64,000 bases of DNA from Pelagibacteraceae bacterium AG-430-F16 (GCA_003213015.1 QCOG01000004.1:13486-77485); one strand, 5' to 3'; shown: positions 23,574-34,512, numbered from the stretch's first letter. Translations and numbers: made by a program. Notes: generated by a model from the letters alone, not told the origin.

Positions 23574-23834
23574 ATGACTTTAAATAAAGAGGATCTTAAA
23601 AATAAAATTATATACAGGGCTTCCTACAGGGGGACAAAAGAAATGGATATACTAATGATAGCTTTTGTAAAATCATTGATTAATGATTTGGATGAAAGTT
23701 ACCTTAAAACCCTAGACACATTTGTTAACATGGATGATGAAACATTAATTTTTTTAAAAAAAAAAGAATCACCAACCGATTATAAAGATGAAAAGATGCT
23801 AAACATTATAGAGAAATTTCAAAAGTTTAATTGA
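23574..23834 (+). CDS. sdhE: Succinate dehydrogenase flavinylation factor (SdhE/SDHAF2)
   Basis: YRASYRGTKEMD matches the RG..E.D motif; usually divergent from recG. Confidence 0.85.
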   Translation: MTLNKEDLKNKIIYRASYRGTKEMDILMIAFVKSLINDLDESYLKTLDTFVNMDDETLIFLKKKESPTDYKDEKMLNIIEKFQKFN

Positions 23835-23924
23835 TGGCGGAGAGACTGGGATTCGAACCCAGGAAAGAGTTGCCCCTTTGCCGGTTTTCAAGACCGGTGC
23901 TTTCAACCGCTCAGCCATCTCTCC
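23835..23924 (-). tRNA. tRNA-Ser (TGA)
   Basis: GGAGAGA...TCTCTCC-G-CCA; anticodon arm CCGGT-CTTGAAA-ACCGG; long variable arm. Confidence 0.97.
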
Positions 23925-24011
23925 GTGAGCTAGGTTTTATAAGTATAATATTAAAATTCAAGAATTAAATGGAGTTATTTTATCAATAATAGAATATAAA
24001 ATTCCTTTTTT

Positions 24012-24890
24012 ATGAATTTAAAAGAATTTAATAAAGGTATTTTATTTAGTAGTTTAGGATCGTTTTGGTGGGGTGCAATTGGAGTAATCTATTTTAGTTA
24101 TTTTTCTTTTATTGGTCATATAGAACTAGTAATCCATAGATGTATTTGGACTGCAGTCATGCTTATCGCAACAACTCAATTTTTTTCAAAATGGAATATT
24201 TTTTTCAAAACTTTAAAAAATAAAAAAAATCTTTTAGTGCTTTTTTTCTCTGGATTATTAATATTTATTAATTGGGCAGTTTGGATCTTTGCTGTGTCAA
24301 ATGACCAAATCATTGATGCATCTTTTGGATATTTTATAATGCCAATTGTAAGTGTTTTATGTGGAAATATTTTTTTTAGAGAAAAAATAAGTTTTAAAAG
24401 TAAAATTTCTATTTTTCTTGTTTGTGTTGCTATTTTTATTCTACTCAGAAATTTTAATAATGTTCCTTGGGTTGGTCTTATAGTAGCTTTCTCGTGGGCT
24501 TTTTATAATGTTCTAAGAAAATTAATAAATGTCGATACAGACATTGGTCTACTAATAGAAAGTCTGTACATATTGCCCATGTCTTTAATTGTTTTCTATT
24601 TAATTTTTAAAAATGGACAAAACGATTTTAATTTAGAAAATTTAAATTTGATGTTTATGCTTTTATTAGCGGGACCAATGACAGTAATTCCTTTATTCCT
24701 TTATGTTAGAGGGGTTGAACTTTCTGGTTTAGGGCCCAGTGGAATGATATTCTATATTACACCGACTCTTCAGTTCCTTTTGGGTTATTTTTACTATAAT
24801 GAGCTTTTTTCTTACGAAAAATTCTTTAGTTTTACTATTATATGGATTGCTGTAATAGTTTATTTAAAAGATTTATATGAAAAATACTAA
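24012..24890 (+). CDS. rarD: RarD-like EamA/DMT family transporter
   Basis: LLIFINW..WI.AV, ASFGYFI.P, PLFLY..G, YITPTLQFLLG. Confidence 0.85.
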   Translation: MNLKEFNKGILFSSLGSFWWGAIGVIYFSYFSFIGHIELVIHRCIWTAVMLIATTQFFSKWNIFFKTLKNKKNLLVLFFSGLLIFINWAVWIFAVSNDQIIDASFGYFIMPIVSVLCGNIFFREKISFKSKISIFLVCVAIFILLRNFNNVPWVGLIVAFSWAFYNVLRKLINVDTDIGLLIESLYILPMSLIVFYLIFKNGQNDFNLENLNLMFMLLLAGPMTVIPLFLYVRGVELSGLGPSGMIFYITPTLQFLLGYFYYNELFSYEKFFSFTIIWIAVIVYLKDLYEKY

Positions 24891-25875
24891 ACTAATTCTT
24901 TTATTACTAATCTCTCTTGTAAATTTCAAAAGTGTCATTGCAGATGAAGCTTTTAATGAATGGTTGGATAACTTCAAGATTAGAGCTGTGAAATCTGGAA
25001 TAAGCAAAGAAACAGTTGATCTTGTAATGGATAATGCAATTTTTTTACCTAAGGTGATTGAATACGACAGATACCAACCTGAATTTTATGAGAATACCAA
25101 AACTTATGTTGGAAAGAGAACAAATAAAAAAAAGGTAGTTAAGGGGAAAAGAATATATAAAAAAAATTCTAAACTTATAGAAAAAGTTGATCAGGAATTT
25201 TTAGTGGAAAAAGAACTTTTACTTGCTCTAATGGGTATAGAGACAAACTTTGGTACTTATCTTGGCAAAATGGACATCATTTCGTCTCTTGCAACTTTAA
25301 GTTATGATAAAAGGAGAAGTGAATTTTTTTCTAAAGAACTAATTACAGCATTAAGATTAATTGATAAAAAAAAAATCAATAAAGATATTTTATATGGATC
25401 TTGGGCTGGAGCTTTTGGAAACTTCCAGTTTATGCCATCAACCATTTCTAATTATGCAATTGATTATAATCAAAATAATATAATTGAATTAAAAGATGTA
25501 GAAGACTCCTTTGCTTCTGCAGCTAATTATATGAAAAAAATAGGTTGGAAAAAGAACAACCATTGTTTTTATCGTGTTGAATTAAAAGATAATATTCCAT
25601 CTAAATTTTTAAATTCTTCAGCAAGAAACATTAATCATAAAAAAAATTTCAGATTTTACAAAAAATTTATTAAGAACGATCTATCCGATATTGTAAATGA
25701 TAAAGAAAAAGTTGCTATAATTACACCAGATGTAGATATTATACCTGGAAGTCAAACTCTTAATCCTGCCTATATTGTTTTCTCGAATTATGAAAAAATT
25801 TTGAAGTGGAATAGGTCATTAAGATTTGCTTTAGCTGTTTGCACTTTGAAGGACAAATTTAAAGATGAATTATAA
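24877..25875 (+). CDS. Lytic murein transglycosylase, MltB family
   Basis: DRYQPEF, GIETNFG (catalytic Glu), GSWAGAFG..QFMPST, WNRS..FA. Confidence 0.9.
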   Translation: MKNTKLILLLLISLVNFKSVIADEAFNEWLDNFKIRAVKSGISKETVDLVMDNAIFLPKVIEYDRYQPEFYENTKTYVGKRTNKKKVVKGKRIYKKNSKLIEKVDQEFLVEKELLLALMGIETNFGTYLGKMDIISSLATLSYDKRRSEFFSKELITALRLIDKKKINKDILYGSWAGAFGNFQFMPSTISNYAIDYNQNNIIELKDVEDSFASAANYMKKIGWKKNNHCFYRVELKDNIPSKFLNSSARNINHKKNFRFYKKFIKNDLSDIVNDKEKVAIITPDVDIIPGSQTLNPAYIVFSNYEKILKWNRSLRFALAVCTLKDKFKDEL

Positions 25876-26596
25876 AAATTTATTGCTGATCTTCTTTTTT
25901 TTGACAAGTTGTACAGTTCAAAGTACTCAATATAATGAAAACATATTTTCAAACAGAGGATTTGTTCTTCTATATGATGAATCTTTAATTGAAAAAAAAT
26001 TACTAAAGAAACCTCTTGATGATAGGAGCCTTGAGATAGTCCACAATACCTTGTCAAAAGGTACAAAAGTAAGAATTATTAATCTTTTAAATAACAAAAG
26101 CACAAATGCAATAGTAAAAACAAAAAATAAAAATCTTTTTTTTTATAATTCAATTTTCTCAAAAAGAATTTTTGATGAACTCCACATCTCACTCAAAGAA
26201 CCATATGTAGAAATTAGTAAAATTAGAGAAAATAAAACATTTATTGCCGAAAAATCAAAAACTTTTGATGAAGAAAAAAAAGTTGCTAATAAAGCTCCGG
26301 TCAAGTCAATAAGTATAAACGAAATCGGAACACCTAAATCAAAGGAGTTAGATGATAGAAGATCTTTTAATTATTCAATAAAAATCACTGAGTTTTATTT
26401 TTTAAAAAATGCTAAAGAGCTCAAAAAAAGAATCGAAAATGAGACTTCAATTAAAAATATCAATATAATTTCAATAAATGACACTAAGCATCAAGTATTA
26501 TTGGGCCCTTATTCTAATATTAATACTCTACAATCAGCTTATAATAGTATAAATAATTTAAGTTTTGAAAATATTGAATTAATTAGAAATGATTAA
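25865..26596 (+). CDS. rlpA: RlpA-like lipoprotein with C-terminal SPOR domain
   Basis: Lipobox LTSC, H.TL..GTKVRI.NL.N, SPOR-like VLLGPY; lies between mltB and dac. Confidence 0.7.
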   Translation: MNYKNLLLIFFFLTSCTVQSTQYNENIFSNRGFVLLYDESLIEKKLLKKPLDDRSLEIVHNTLSKGTKVRIINLLNNKSTNAIVKTKNKNLFFYNSIFSKRIFDELHISLKEPYVEISKIRENKTFIAEKSKTFDEEKKVANKAPVKSISINEIGTPKSKELDDRRSFNYSIKITEFYFLKNAKELKKRIENETSIKNINIISINDTKHQVLLGPYSNINTLQSAYNSINNLSFENIELIRND

Positions 26597-27743
26597 AAAA
26601 TTTATTATAATTTTTAATTTACTTTTTGTTTTTTTAGCTGTGCCCTCTAAGGCAGCCTTTGATATAAATGCTAGAACTGCAATTCTACAAGATTTCCTAT
26701 CTGGAGAAATACTTTTTGAAAAAGAAATAGATAGCGTTATTTATCCAGCCTCAATGACAAAAATTATGACATCAATTGTGGTTTTTGATTTATTAAAAAG
26801 TGGAGATCTTTCACTTGACGACAAGGTAATGGTATCTGAAAACGCTTGGAGATTGTCTCAATCTGGATATTCATCTATGTTTATTATGGTTGGAGACGAG
26901 GTAAGTGTGGAAGACCTGTTAAAAGGAATAATTATTGCATCAGGTAACGATGCTTGCGTTGCGTTAGCTGAAGGTGTTGCGGGCAGCGAGGAGGAATTTG
27001 CTATTTTAATGAATTCAAAAGCGTCTGAAATAGGAATGATTAATACAAATTTTTCAAATTCATCAGGCATTAATGATCCTGATAATTATTCTACAGTTAA
27101 GGATATTTTAATAATGTCTAATTATCTCATAAAAAATTATCCTGTTTATTATGAATATTTTAAGGAGAAAGAATTTACATGGGATAGAACTGGCGGAGAT
27201 CCAATTACACAAGGTAATAGAAATCCTTTACTTTACAAAAATTTAGGAGCAGATGGTATTAAAACTGGCTATTTAGCAGTTGAAAAATATTCTTTAGCAA
27301 GCTCTGTACAAAGAGGAGAAAGAAGACTTATTGCTGTAGGTAGTGGATTTGAAACTAAAAATGAAAGATCTAGACAATCGATCCGATTATTGACTTGGGG
27401 TTTAACAAATTTTGATACAGTTGAAATTGCAAAAAAAGATGAGAATTTTATAGATTTAGATGTTTGGCTTGGAAAAAAAGATATCGTTGGTGGTTATGTA
27501 AAAGAAGATATCTACAAAACCTTTCCAAAAGCCAGGAAAAGATTCTTGTCAGCAATTGTTGAATATAATGGTCCTATTAAAGCACCTATCAAAAAAGACC
27601 AAGAAATTGGCATATTAAAGATTTCTTACAAAGGGGATTTAATTGATGAGTACCCAGTTTATGCAGTTGAAAAAGTAAAAAAAGTCAACATTTTCTCTAG
27701 AATAATTCACTCTATAAATTATTTGATATGGGGCGATGTATAA
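26589..27743 (+). CDS. D-alanyl-D-alanine carboxypeptidase (PBP5/6 family)
   Basis: PASMTK (SxxK), SGND (SxN), KTG. Confidence 0.93.
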   Translation: MIKKFIIIFNLLFVFLAVPSKAAFDINARTAILQDFLSGEILFEKEIDSVIYPASMTKIMTSIVVFDLLKSGDLSLDDKVMVSENAWRLSQSGYSSMFIMVGDEVSVEDLLKGIIIASGNDACVALAEGVAGSEEEFAILMNSKASEIGMINTNFSNSSGINDPDNYSTVKDILIMSNYLIKNYPVYYEYFKEKEFTWDRTGGDPITQGNRNPLLYKNLGADGIKTGYLAVEKYSLASSVQRGERRLIAVGSGFETKNERSRQSIRLLTWGLTNFDTVEIAKKDENFIDLDVWLGKKDIVGGYVKEDIYKTFPKARKRFLSAIVEYNGPIKAPIKKDQEIGILKISYKGDLIDEYPVYAVEKVKKVNIFSRIIHSINYLIWGDV

Positions 27744-28347
27744 TAAAGTCATTGTTTTTGAAGGTATTGATGGATCGGGTAAAAGTTTTCATTTAAATGC
27801 TGCATCTAATTATTTAAAAAAGAAAAAAATTAAGCATATTAGACTTAGAGAACCAGGCGGATCTAAAAATTCAGAAAAATTAAGAAAATTACTATTATCA
27901 AATAAATCTGATTTTGAAAAAAAAACTGATTTACTTATATATCTATCTGCTAGATCTGAAAATTTTCATAAAATGATTAAACCTAATCTAAAAAAAAAAG
28001 TAATCTTGATTGATAGATTTGTTGATTCTACGATTGCATATCAACACTATGGTTTTGGCATAAATAAAAATATTATTAATTCGTTAAATAGATTTATATT
28101 AGGTAACTTTATGGTAGATTTTACGTTTCTACATATTGTTAAAAAAAAAGATATTCGTAAAAAGATCAAGACTAAAAAAAATAGATACGATAAATTTAAT
28201 AAAAATTTTTATCTTAAAGCCCAAAATGGTTTTTTGAAATTATCAAATAAGAAAAAAAATTATCTAAAGATCTACTCCAATGAGACAAAAGATAGAAATA
28301 AACAAATAATAAAAAAAAAATTAAATTCTTTGATTAAAATAAAATGA
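27736..28347 (+). CDS. tmk: Thymidylate kinase
   Basis: FEGIDGSGKS, REPGG, DRFVDSTIAYQ. Confidence 0.95.
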   Translation: MYNKVIVFEGIDGSGKSFHLNAASNYLKKKKIKHIRLREPGGSKNSEKLRKLLLSNKSDFEKKTDLLIYLSARSENFHKMIKPNLKKKVILIDRFVDSTIAYQHYGFGINKNIINSLNRFILGNFMVDFTFLHIVKKKDIRKKIKTKKNRYDKFNKNFYLKAQNGFLKLSNKKKNYLKIYSNETKDRNKQIIKKKLNSLIKIK

Positions 28348-29276
28348 CACCTTTGACCCAAACTAAATTACTATCTTTTAAAGACAATTTTAAAGAATTA
28401 GTTAACCTCTCATTGAGAAATAAACTACCAAATAAATTGATTTTCTCTGGTAATAAAGGGATAGGTAAATCCACTTTTGCTTTTCATTTAATAAATTACT
28501 TATTTTCACAGGATGAAGAGGGCAGTTATAATCTTGAAGATAATGAGATTAATATTAATAACAAATCTTATAAGCTTGTTTCAAACAATACACATCCAAA
28601 CTTACTTTTAATTGATAGTATTGATAAAAAATTTATAGAAGTTTCAAAAATAAGAGAAATATTGAATTTTGCGTCGAAAACTTCTTTTTCAAATAAAAAA
28701 AAAATTGTCCTTATTAATAATGTTGAAAAAATGAATATCAATGCCTCAAATGCTTTACTTAAGATTTTAGAAGAACCGTCAACAAATTTGTTTTTTATTT
28801 TAATTCACAATTCTAATAAAAAGTTAATCAGTACTATAAATTCAAGATGTATAAAGTTTAATTTTTTTATAACTGAGTCTGAAAAAGAAAAAATTATTAA
28901 TAATATTATAGATAATGATTTTTATGTCGGTCTTTCGTCTGATTTTAAGATAAGATATCTTTCACCAAAATTTTATATTGATTTATGTGATTTTATAAAC
29001 AAGGAAAAAATTGAATTAAATGATTTAGATATTTACTTTTTGTTAAATTACATATTTAACAAACGGAATTATCTGAAAGATGATTTTATAATTGAAAATC
29101 TGCAAATCCTTATTGAAATATATTTCTATAATAAAATTCTCTCACGGAATAATTTTGAAAATGACTATAAATCTTTTAAGCAAACAATGAACAAAATTAA
29201 CAATATGAATAAATTTAATTTAGATAAGGACTCATCCTTATTAGAAATTAAGAATATAATTGTAAATGAAAGATAA
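28344..29276 (+). CDS. holB: DNA polymerase III delta-prime subunit
   Basis: G.KGIGKST, HPN, ASNALLKILEEP, TINSRC; tmk-holB-metG synteny. Confidence 0.88.
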   Translation: MTPLTQTKLLSFKDNFKELVNLSLRNKLPNKLIFSGNKGIGKSTFAFHLINYLFSQDEEGSYNLEDNEININNKSYKLVSNNTHPNLLLIDSIDKKFIEVSKIREILNFASKTSFSNKKKIVLINNVEKMNINASNALLKILEEPSTNLFFILIHNSNKKLISTINSRCIKFNFFITESEKEKIINNIIDNDFYVGLSSDFKIRYLSPKFYIDLCDFINKEKIELNDLDIYFLLNYIFNKRNYLKDDFIIENLQILIEIYFYNKILSRNNFENDYKSFKQTMNKINNMNKFNLDKDSSLLEIKNIIVNER

Positions 29277-30798
29277 TTTTTATATTACTACACCAATTTA
29301 TTACCCTTCAGCAAAACCTCATATGGGGCATGCTTACTCAAGTATAGTAGCTGATTTTTTTGCACGTTTAAAAAGAATTCAAGGCCATAAAGTTTTTTTT
29401 TTAACTGGAACTGATGAACACGGCCAAAAAATACAAAGAGCCGCTGAGAAATCTAACAAAGATCCTTTAAAGTTCTGTGATGAAATAAGTAAGACTTTTA
29501 GAAACTTATCTTCATTACTCAATTTATCTAATGATGATTTTATAAGAACCACAGAAAAAAGACATGCATCAGCTGTAACTAATCTTTGGAACATTTTAGA
29601 AAAAAAAGAAGAAATATATCTCTCAAAATATTCAGGTTGGTATTCCGTCTCTGATGAAGCTTTTTATAATGAGGATGAAATCGAAGATCTAGATGGAAAA
29701 AAAATATCTAAATCATCCGGATCACCTGTAGAGTGGGTTGAAGAAGAGTCTTATTTTTTTAAACTATCTAAATGGCAAGAACCGCTTTTAAAATTTTATT
29801 CTGAAAATCCAAAATTTATATTACCAAAGAGCCGAAAAAATGAGGTAATTAGTTTTGTGAAAAGTGGATTAAAAGATTTATCTGTTAGCAGAAAATCTTT
29901 TTCTTGGGGGATTAAAGTTCCATCAAATAAAGATCATGTAATATACGTATGGCTTGATGCTTTAACAAATTATCTTTCTGCTTTAAATTATCCTAAGGAG
30001 ACAGAAAGATTATATAAAGACTTTTGGCCAGCTAATATTCATATTATAGGAAAAGATATTTTAAGATTTCACGCAGTGTATTGGCCAGCCTTTTTATTGG
30101 CAGCAGGTATTAAACCTCCACAGAGAGTATACGGTCATGGATGGATACTTTCAGGTGATGAAAAAATGTCAAAGTCTAAAGGTAATATTTTAGATCCTAT
30201 TGAGATAATTGATATCTATGGACTAGATGCATTGAGATACTATTTGCTTAAAGAAGTATCTTTTGGAAATGATGGAAACATTTCAAAGGAAAAATTAGAA
30301 AGCTGTATAAATAGTGATTTAGCGAATAACTATGGTAATTTGTGTCAAAGAGTTATTTTGTTTTGTGAGAAAAATCTTGCACTTAAAGTTCCGGAAAAAT
30401 ATAGTTTTACAAAAGAAGATCTCAAAATTCTTAATGATTTTAATGAAAATATAAAAAATATAGAAAAACAAATTAATGATCAAAACATTAATTACTATGT
30501 TGAGTATGTTGTAAATCAATTATTTAAAGCTAATAAATATTTCAATGATCAAGCGCCTTGGACTAAAAAAGATGATATTCTGAGATTAAACACAATTGTG
30601 TTTGTATCTCTTGAATTGATTAGAAAAATTTCAATTTTGCTATATCCAATCATTCCCAATACTTCTTTAAAAGTCCTGAATATTTTTTCTATGATGGAAA
30701 AAGATATAAAATTTGACACAATAAGTAATAATGAATATCTAAAAGATAAAAAAGAAATTATAAAGCTAGGAATTTTGTTTGAGAAAATAAAAAGATGA
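29266..30798 (+). CDS. metG: Methionyl-tRNA synthetase
   Basis: ITTPIYYP...HMGHAY, TGTDEHG, YVWLDAL, KMSKS. Confidence 0.97.
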   Translation: MKDNFYITTPIYYPSAKPHMGHAYSSIVADFFARLKRIQGHKVFFLTGTDEHGQKIQRAAEKSNKDPLKFCDEISKTFRNLSSLLNLSNDDFIRTTEKRHASAVTNLWNILEKKEEIYLSKYSGWYSVSDEAFYNEDEIEDLDGKKISKSSGSPVEWVEEESYFFKLSKWQEPLLKFYSENPKFILPKSRKNEVISFVKSGLKDLSVSRKSFSWGIKVPSNKDHVIYVWLDALTNYLSALNYPKETERLYKDFWPANIHIIGKDILRFHAVYWPAFLLAAGIKPPQRVYGHGWILSGDEKMSKSKGNILDPIEIIDIYGLDALRYYLLKEVSFGNDGNISKEKLESCINSDLANNYGNLCQRVILFCEKNLALKVPEKYSFTKEDLKILNDFNENIKNIEKQINDQNINYYVEYVVNQLFKANKYFNDQAPWTKKDDILRLNTIVFVSLELIRKISILLYPIIPNTSLKVLNIFSMMEKDIKFDTISNNEYLKDKKEIIKLGILFEKIKR

Positions 30799-31556
30799 TT
30801 GATTCACATTGCCATTTAGATCGAGAACCTCTTATATCGAATTTAAGTCAGGTCCTAACTAGAGCAAAGGACGTAGGTCTTGAAAAATTATTAACTATTT
30901 GTACTACTAGTAGTGGATATAATGATATTCTTGATATTGTGTCTAAAGATCCAATGATCTATGGAACTTTTGGAATTCATCCACACGAAACAAAAAACTA
31001 TTTAATCAAAAAAGATGAGATTATAAAAAAAGTTAAGATGGACAGGAAGATTATTGGTGTAGGAGAGACTGGTTTAGATTTTTATTACAATAACAGTGAT
31101 AAAGATACACAACTAAGGAGTTTTCAAAATCATATTGAAGCTGCAACGGATCTCAATATTCCTCTAATCATTCATTCAAGAAACGCAGAAAATGAAACCT
31201 ATGATATCCTTAAAAAGAACTATCAGAAAAATTTAAAAATTCTTATGCATTGTTTTACCGGATCAACTGATTTTGCTTTAAATTTAGTTCCATTAAATGC
31301 TTACTTTTCTGCAAGCGGCATAATTACCTTTAAAAAGTCAACAGAGTTACAGGAAACTTTTAAAAAAATTCCCGAAGATAAACTTTTAATAGAAACCGAC
31401 AGTCCTTTTTTATCTCCAGAGCCAAATAGGGGTAAAAAAAATGAACCTTCATTCATTAAATTTACCGCACAAAAACTTGCTAATCTTAGAAATATGGAGG
31501 TGGATAAGCTGATACTACTAACCACCAATAATTTTAATACTTTATTTTCTAAATAA
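30795..31556 (+). CDS. tatD: TatD family hydrolase
   Basis: DSHCH, GETGLD, HSR, HCF, ETDSP. Confidence 0.93.
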   Translation: MIDSHCHLDREPLISNLSQVLTRAKDVGLEKLLTICTTSSGYNDILDIVSKDPMIYGTFGIHPHETKNYLIKKDEIIKKVKMDRKIIGVGETGLDFYYNNSDKDTQLRSFQNHIEAATDLNIPLIIHSRNAENETYDILKKNYQKNLKILMHCFTGSTDFALNLVPLNAYFSASGIITFKKSTELQETFKKIPEDKLLIETDSPFLSPEPNRGKKNEPSFIKFTAQKLANLRNMEVDKLILLTTNNFNTLFSK

Positions 31557-31559
31557 TTT

Positions 31560-32330
31560 ATGAGATTTACAATTTTAGGATGTGGAAGTTCAATGGGTGT
31601 ACCAAGACCTGATGGTAACTTTGGAAATTGCAATCCTAACAATAAAAAGAATATAAGAACAAGATGTTCGGCAGTAATTCAGGGTAAGTCTTTAAATATA
31701 ATTATAGATACCTCTCCAGATATGAGACAACAATTAATAAATAACAAGATCACTAATATTGATAAAGTTCTATTTTCTCATATGCATGCTGACCAAACTC
31801 ATGGCATAAATGACTTAAGAGTTTTCTACTTAAAAAATAGGAAACCTGTCGATATATATGCGGATTTACCAACACAGAAATATTTAAATAAAACTTTTTC
31901 TTATTGTTTTAAAAGTAATTCTCGTGAATATCCTGCAACTTTAAAAATGAATTCTGTTAAGAAAGATCTCTATTTTAATGATGGTCAAAAAAAAATTCAC
32001 ATTAGATCTATTAAAGTAAAACATGGAAATGTTGACTGTACTTGTTATATAGTTGATAAAAAATTGGCCTATATAAGTGATGTAAGTGACATAAACAAAA
32101 AAGACTTTAAATTCTTAAAAAATTTAAAATATTTAGTAATTGATTGCTTATGGTATAGAGAACACCCATCACATTTGAATTTAGATAAATCACTTAGATT
32201 AATCGATACTCTTTCACCTAAAAAAGCTATTTTAACTAATCTGCATTCTGATTTGGATTATAATGAACTAAAAAAGAAACTTAAAAAAAATATTGTTCCA
32301 GCTTACGATGGAATGAAAATAAATTTATAA
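31560..32330 (+). CDS. MBL-fold metallohydrolase (PhnP/YcfH-neighbour type)
   Basis: ILGCGSS.GVP, IDTSPD, SHMHADQTHG. Confidence 0.88.
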   Translation: MRFTILGCGSSMGVPRPDGNFGNCNPNNKKNIRTRCSAVIQGKSLNIIIDTSPDMRQQLINNKITNIDKVLFSHMHADQTHGINDLRVFYLKNRKPVDIYADLPTQKYLNKTFSYCFKSNSREYPATLKMNSVKKDLYFNDGQKKIHIRSIKVKHGNVDCTCYIVDKKLAYISDVSDINKKDFKFLKNLKYLVIDCLWYREHPSHLNLDKSLRLIDTLSPKKAILTNLHSDLDYNELKKKLKKNIVPAYDGMKINL

Positions 32331-32870
32331 AAGACTTTCAATTTTAGAAGTAATCTTTTTTGACATAGGCTTTGTAAAAGAATTATATGTTTCTTCAATC
32401 TTGCCTTCTTTATTAATCAAAATTTTGTGAAAGTTCCACTTTGGTATAGCAGATTTACCATAATTTTTTTCTGCCCATTTGAATAATTCGTGAGAATTTT
32501 CACCTTTAACTTCAGTAATAGTTGTCATTGGAAAATTTATATTAAAATTAACTTCACAAAATTCTTTAACATCAGCATCTTCTTTTTTTTCTTGATTGAA
32601 TGTATTTGACGGTACACCCAAGACGATTAAACCTTCGGATTTGTACTTCTCCCACAATAACTGTAAATCATTGTATTGATTTGTAAATCCACAGTAACTG
32701 GCTGTGTTTACTACTAATACTACTTTATTTTTATAATCTTTAAGATCAATTTGTTCACCTGAAATACTATTTATCTTAAAGTCAAAAAATACTTTATCAT
32801 AAACAGCGGATACATCGTTCTTAGAAAAAAAAATCATGATTAATATTATAAGTAATGTTATTTTCTTCAC
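32325..32870 (-). CDS. Cys-type glutathione peroxidase, probably exported
   Basis: VNTASYCGFT.QY, PSNTFNQE, WNFHKILI. Confidence 0.92.
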   Translation of the reverse strand: MKKITLLIILIMIFFSKNDVSAVYDKVFFDFKINSISGEQIDLKDYKNKVVLVVNTASYCGFTNQYNDLQLLWEKYKSEGLIVLGVPSNTFNQEKKEDADVKEFCEVNFNINFPMTTITEVKGENSHELFKWAEKNYGKSAIPKWNFHKILINKEGKIEETYNSFTKPMSKKITSKIESLL

Positions 32871-32874
32871 AACG

Positions 32875-34050
32875 TTACCTTTTGTCAGGTGTTAGTAATA
32901 TTAAAAAATATCCTGCTAATGTTGAAAGTAGGGATCCCGTTAAAACACCAATCTTAACTCCATCCATATATTGCGCATTCTCAACGAATGCTAAATTTCC
33001 AACAAATAAACTCATAGTAAATCCAATACCAGTCAGTATGCCTACACCATAAAAATTATACCAGCTCGAATTCCCCGGCATTTGAGCGATTTTTAATTTT
33101 ATTGATACATAAGAAAAAACAAAAACTCCTAATTGTTTACCAACAAACAAACCTAATACTATTCCTAACGGAACTTTGTCTAATAAAGATGAAAGTGATA
33201 ATCCTTCTAAAGAGACTCCAGCATTAGCAAAAGCAAATAATGGCATTATTCCAAATGCAACATAAGGACTGATTGCATGTTCAATCTTTATTAATAATGA
33301 GAAGTCTTTTTCTTTTTTTCTGTGCGGAATAGTCATTGCAAGTAAAACACCAGCTATAGTAGCATGTATTCCTGAATTATGTGTGAAATCCCATAACAAA
33401 AGACCAATCAGTAAATAGGGGAAGAAAACTTTTATATTAAATTTATTTATTACTAAAAGAATTATAAACGCAACTAGCATTAAAGATAAATACATTACAT
33501 TCAAATCACCAGAATAAAATAAAGCTATAATTAATATTGCTCCTAAATCATCTATAATTGCTAGTGCTGTAAGGAAGACTTTTAATGATAAAGGAACTCT
33601 CTTACCTAAAAGAGATAAAACACCTAATGAAAAAGCAATATCTGTTGCCGAAGGTATAGCCCAACCATTTATAGTTTCTGGATCACCAAAATTTATTATT
33701 ACATAAAATAATGCAGGAACAACCATTCCACCTACAGCAGCTATTATTGGTAGCAATGCTTGTTTAATATTTGAAAGTTCTCCTTGTAAAAATTCTCTTT
33801 TAATTTCAAGTGTTACAAAAAAAAAGAAGATTGCCATTAAGGCATCATTAATCCAATGCAAGACTGATAACTTTAATCCAAAATTATTTATACCAATGAA
33901 TAAATATTTGTTTAATGTTTCAAAATAAAGATTAGATAGTTCAGAATTACTTATTATTAATGCTAAGATTGCACTAATAAGTAAGACCAAGCCACTTGCT
34001 GCTTCTAATTTAAAAAACCATTTAAATGGTGAAGAAATATATCTAAGCAT
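32875..34050 (-). CDS. nhaA: Na+/H+ antiporter NhaA
   Basis: WINDALM, ATDIAF, LAIIDDLGAI, GIGFTMSLF. Confidence 0.96.
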   Translation of the reverse strand: MLRYISSPFKWFFKLEAASGLVLLISAILALIISNSELSNLYFETLNKYLFIGINNFGLKLSVLHWINDALMAIFFFFVTLEIKREFLQGELSNIKQALLPIIAAVGGMVVPALFYVIINFGDPETINGWAIPSATDIAFSLGVLSLLGKRVPLSLKVFLTALAIIDDLGAILIIALFYSGDLNVMYLSLMLVAFIILLVINKFNIKVFFPYLLIGLLLWDFTHNSGIHATIAGVLLAMTIPHRKKEKDFSLLIKIEHAISPYVAFGIMPLFAFANAGVSLEGLSLSSLLDKVPLGIVLGLFVGKQLGVFVFSYVSIKLKIAQMPGNSSWYNFYGVGILTGIGFTMSLFVGNLAFVENAQYMDGVKIGVLTGSLLSTLAGYFLILLTPDKR

Positions 34051-34053
34051 TAT

Positions 34054-34512
34054 TTATTTTATCAAATTTTGAAAAAAAAGAGAAATATCTATTATAGACT
34101 GGTACAAATTGTCTAAATATTTTTCCGCAAAAGGTACGTATTCAGAAATTTGTATTATAAAAGTGTCTACTATCAAAATAAAAGCAACAAAAGAAATAAT
34201 AAACACTAAAAGAAGCTTAAAAAAATTAACTTGTTTAGTTTTTTGTTTTTTACTGGTTTTAGGTTTTTCTAATTCAACTGTCTTATCTTCCTCAAATACA
34301 TCATCATCATATTTATCTTCTATAATACCAAATGACTCTTGAGCTATCTCCTCGTCAGGTATTTCAACATTAGTTTCATTAATCGTGTTTATATTTTTTG
34401 AGTAAAACCACTCTCGGTCACATTCACCACATTGTAGCAGTCTACCTTTAGCTGGAATAAGTTCGTCTTTAACACTGAATTTTTTTTTACCGCAGGGACA
34501 ATCAATAATCAT
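34054..34512 (-). CDS. Zinc-ribbon (MJ0042 finger-like) protein with C-terminal TM helix
   Basis: MIIDCPC...GRLLQCGEC..EW; the ORF-track extension to 34635 overlaps tRNA-Pro and is rejected. Confidence 0.8.
   Translation of the reverse strand: MIIDCPCGKKKFSVKDELIPAKGRLLQCGECDREWFYSKNINTINETNVEIPDEEIAQESFGIIEDKYDDDVFEEDKTVELEKPKTSKKQKTKQVNFFKLLLVFIISFVAFILIVDTFIIQISEYVPFAEKYLDNLYQSIIDISLFFQNLIK

Noticed and set aside
32325-32870. Selenocysteine glutathione peroxidase
   Set aside because: The active site is an ordinary Cys (ASYCGFT) with no in-frame TGA.
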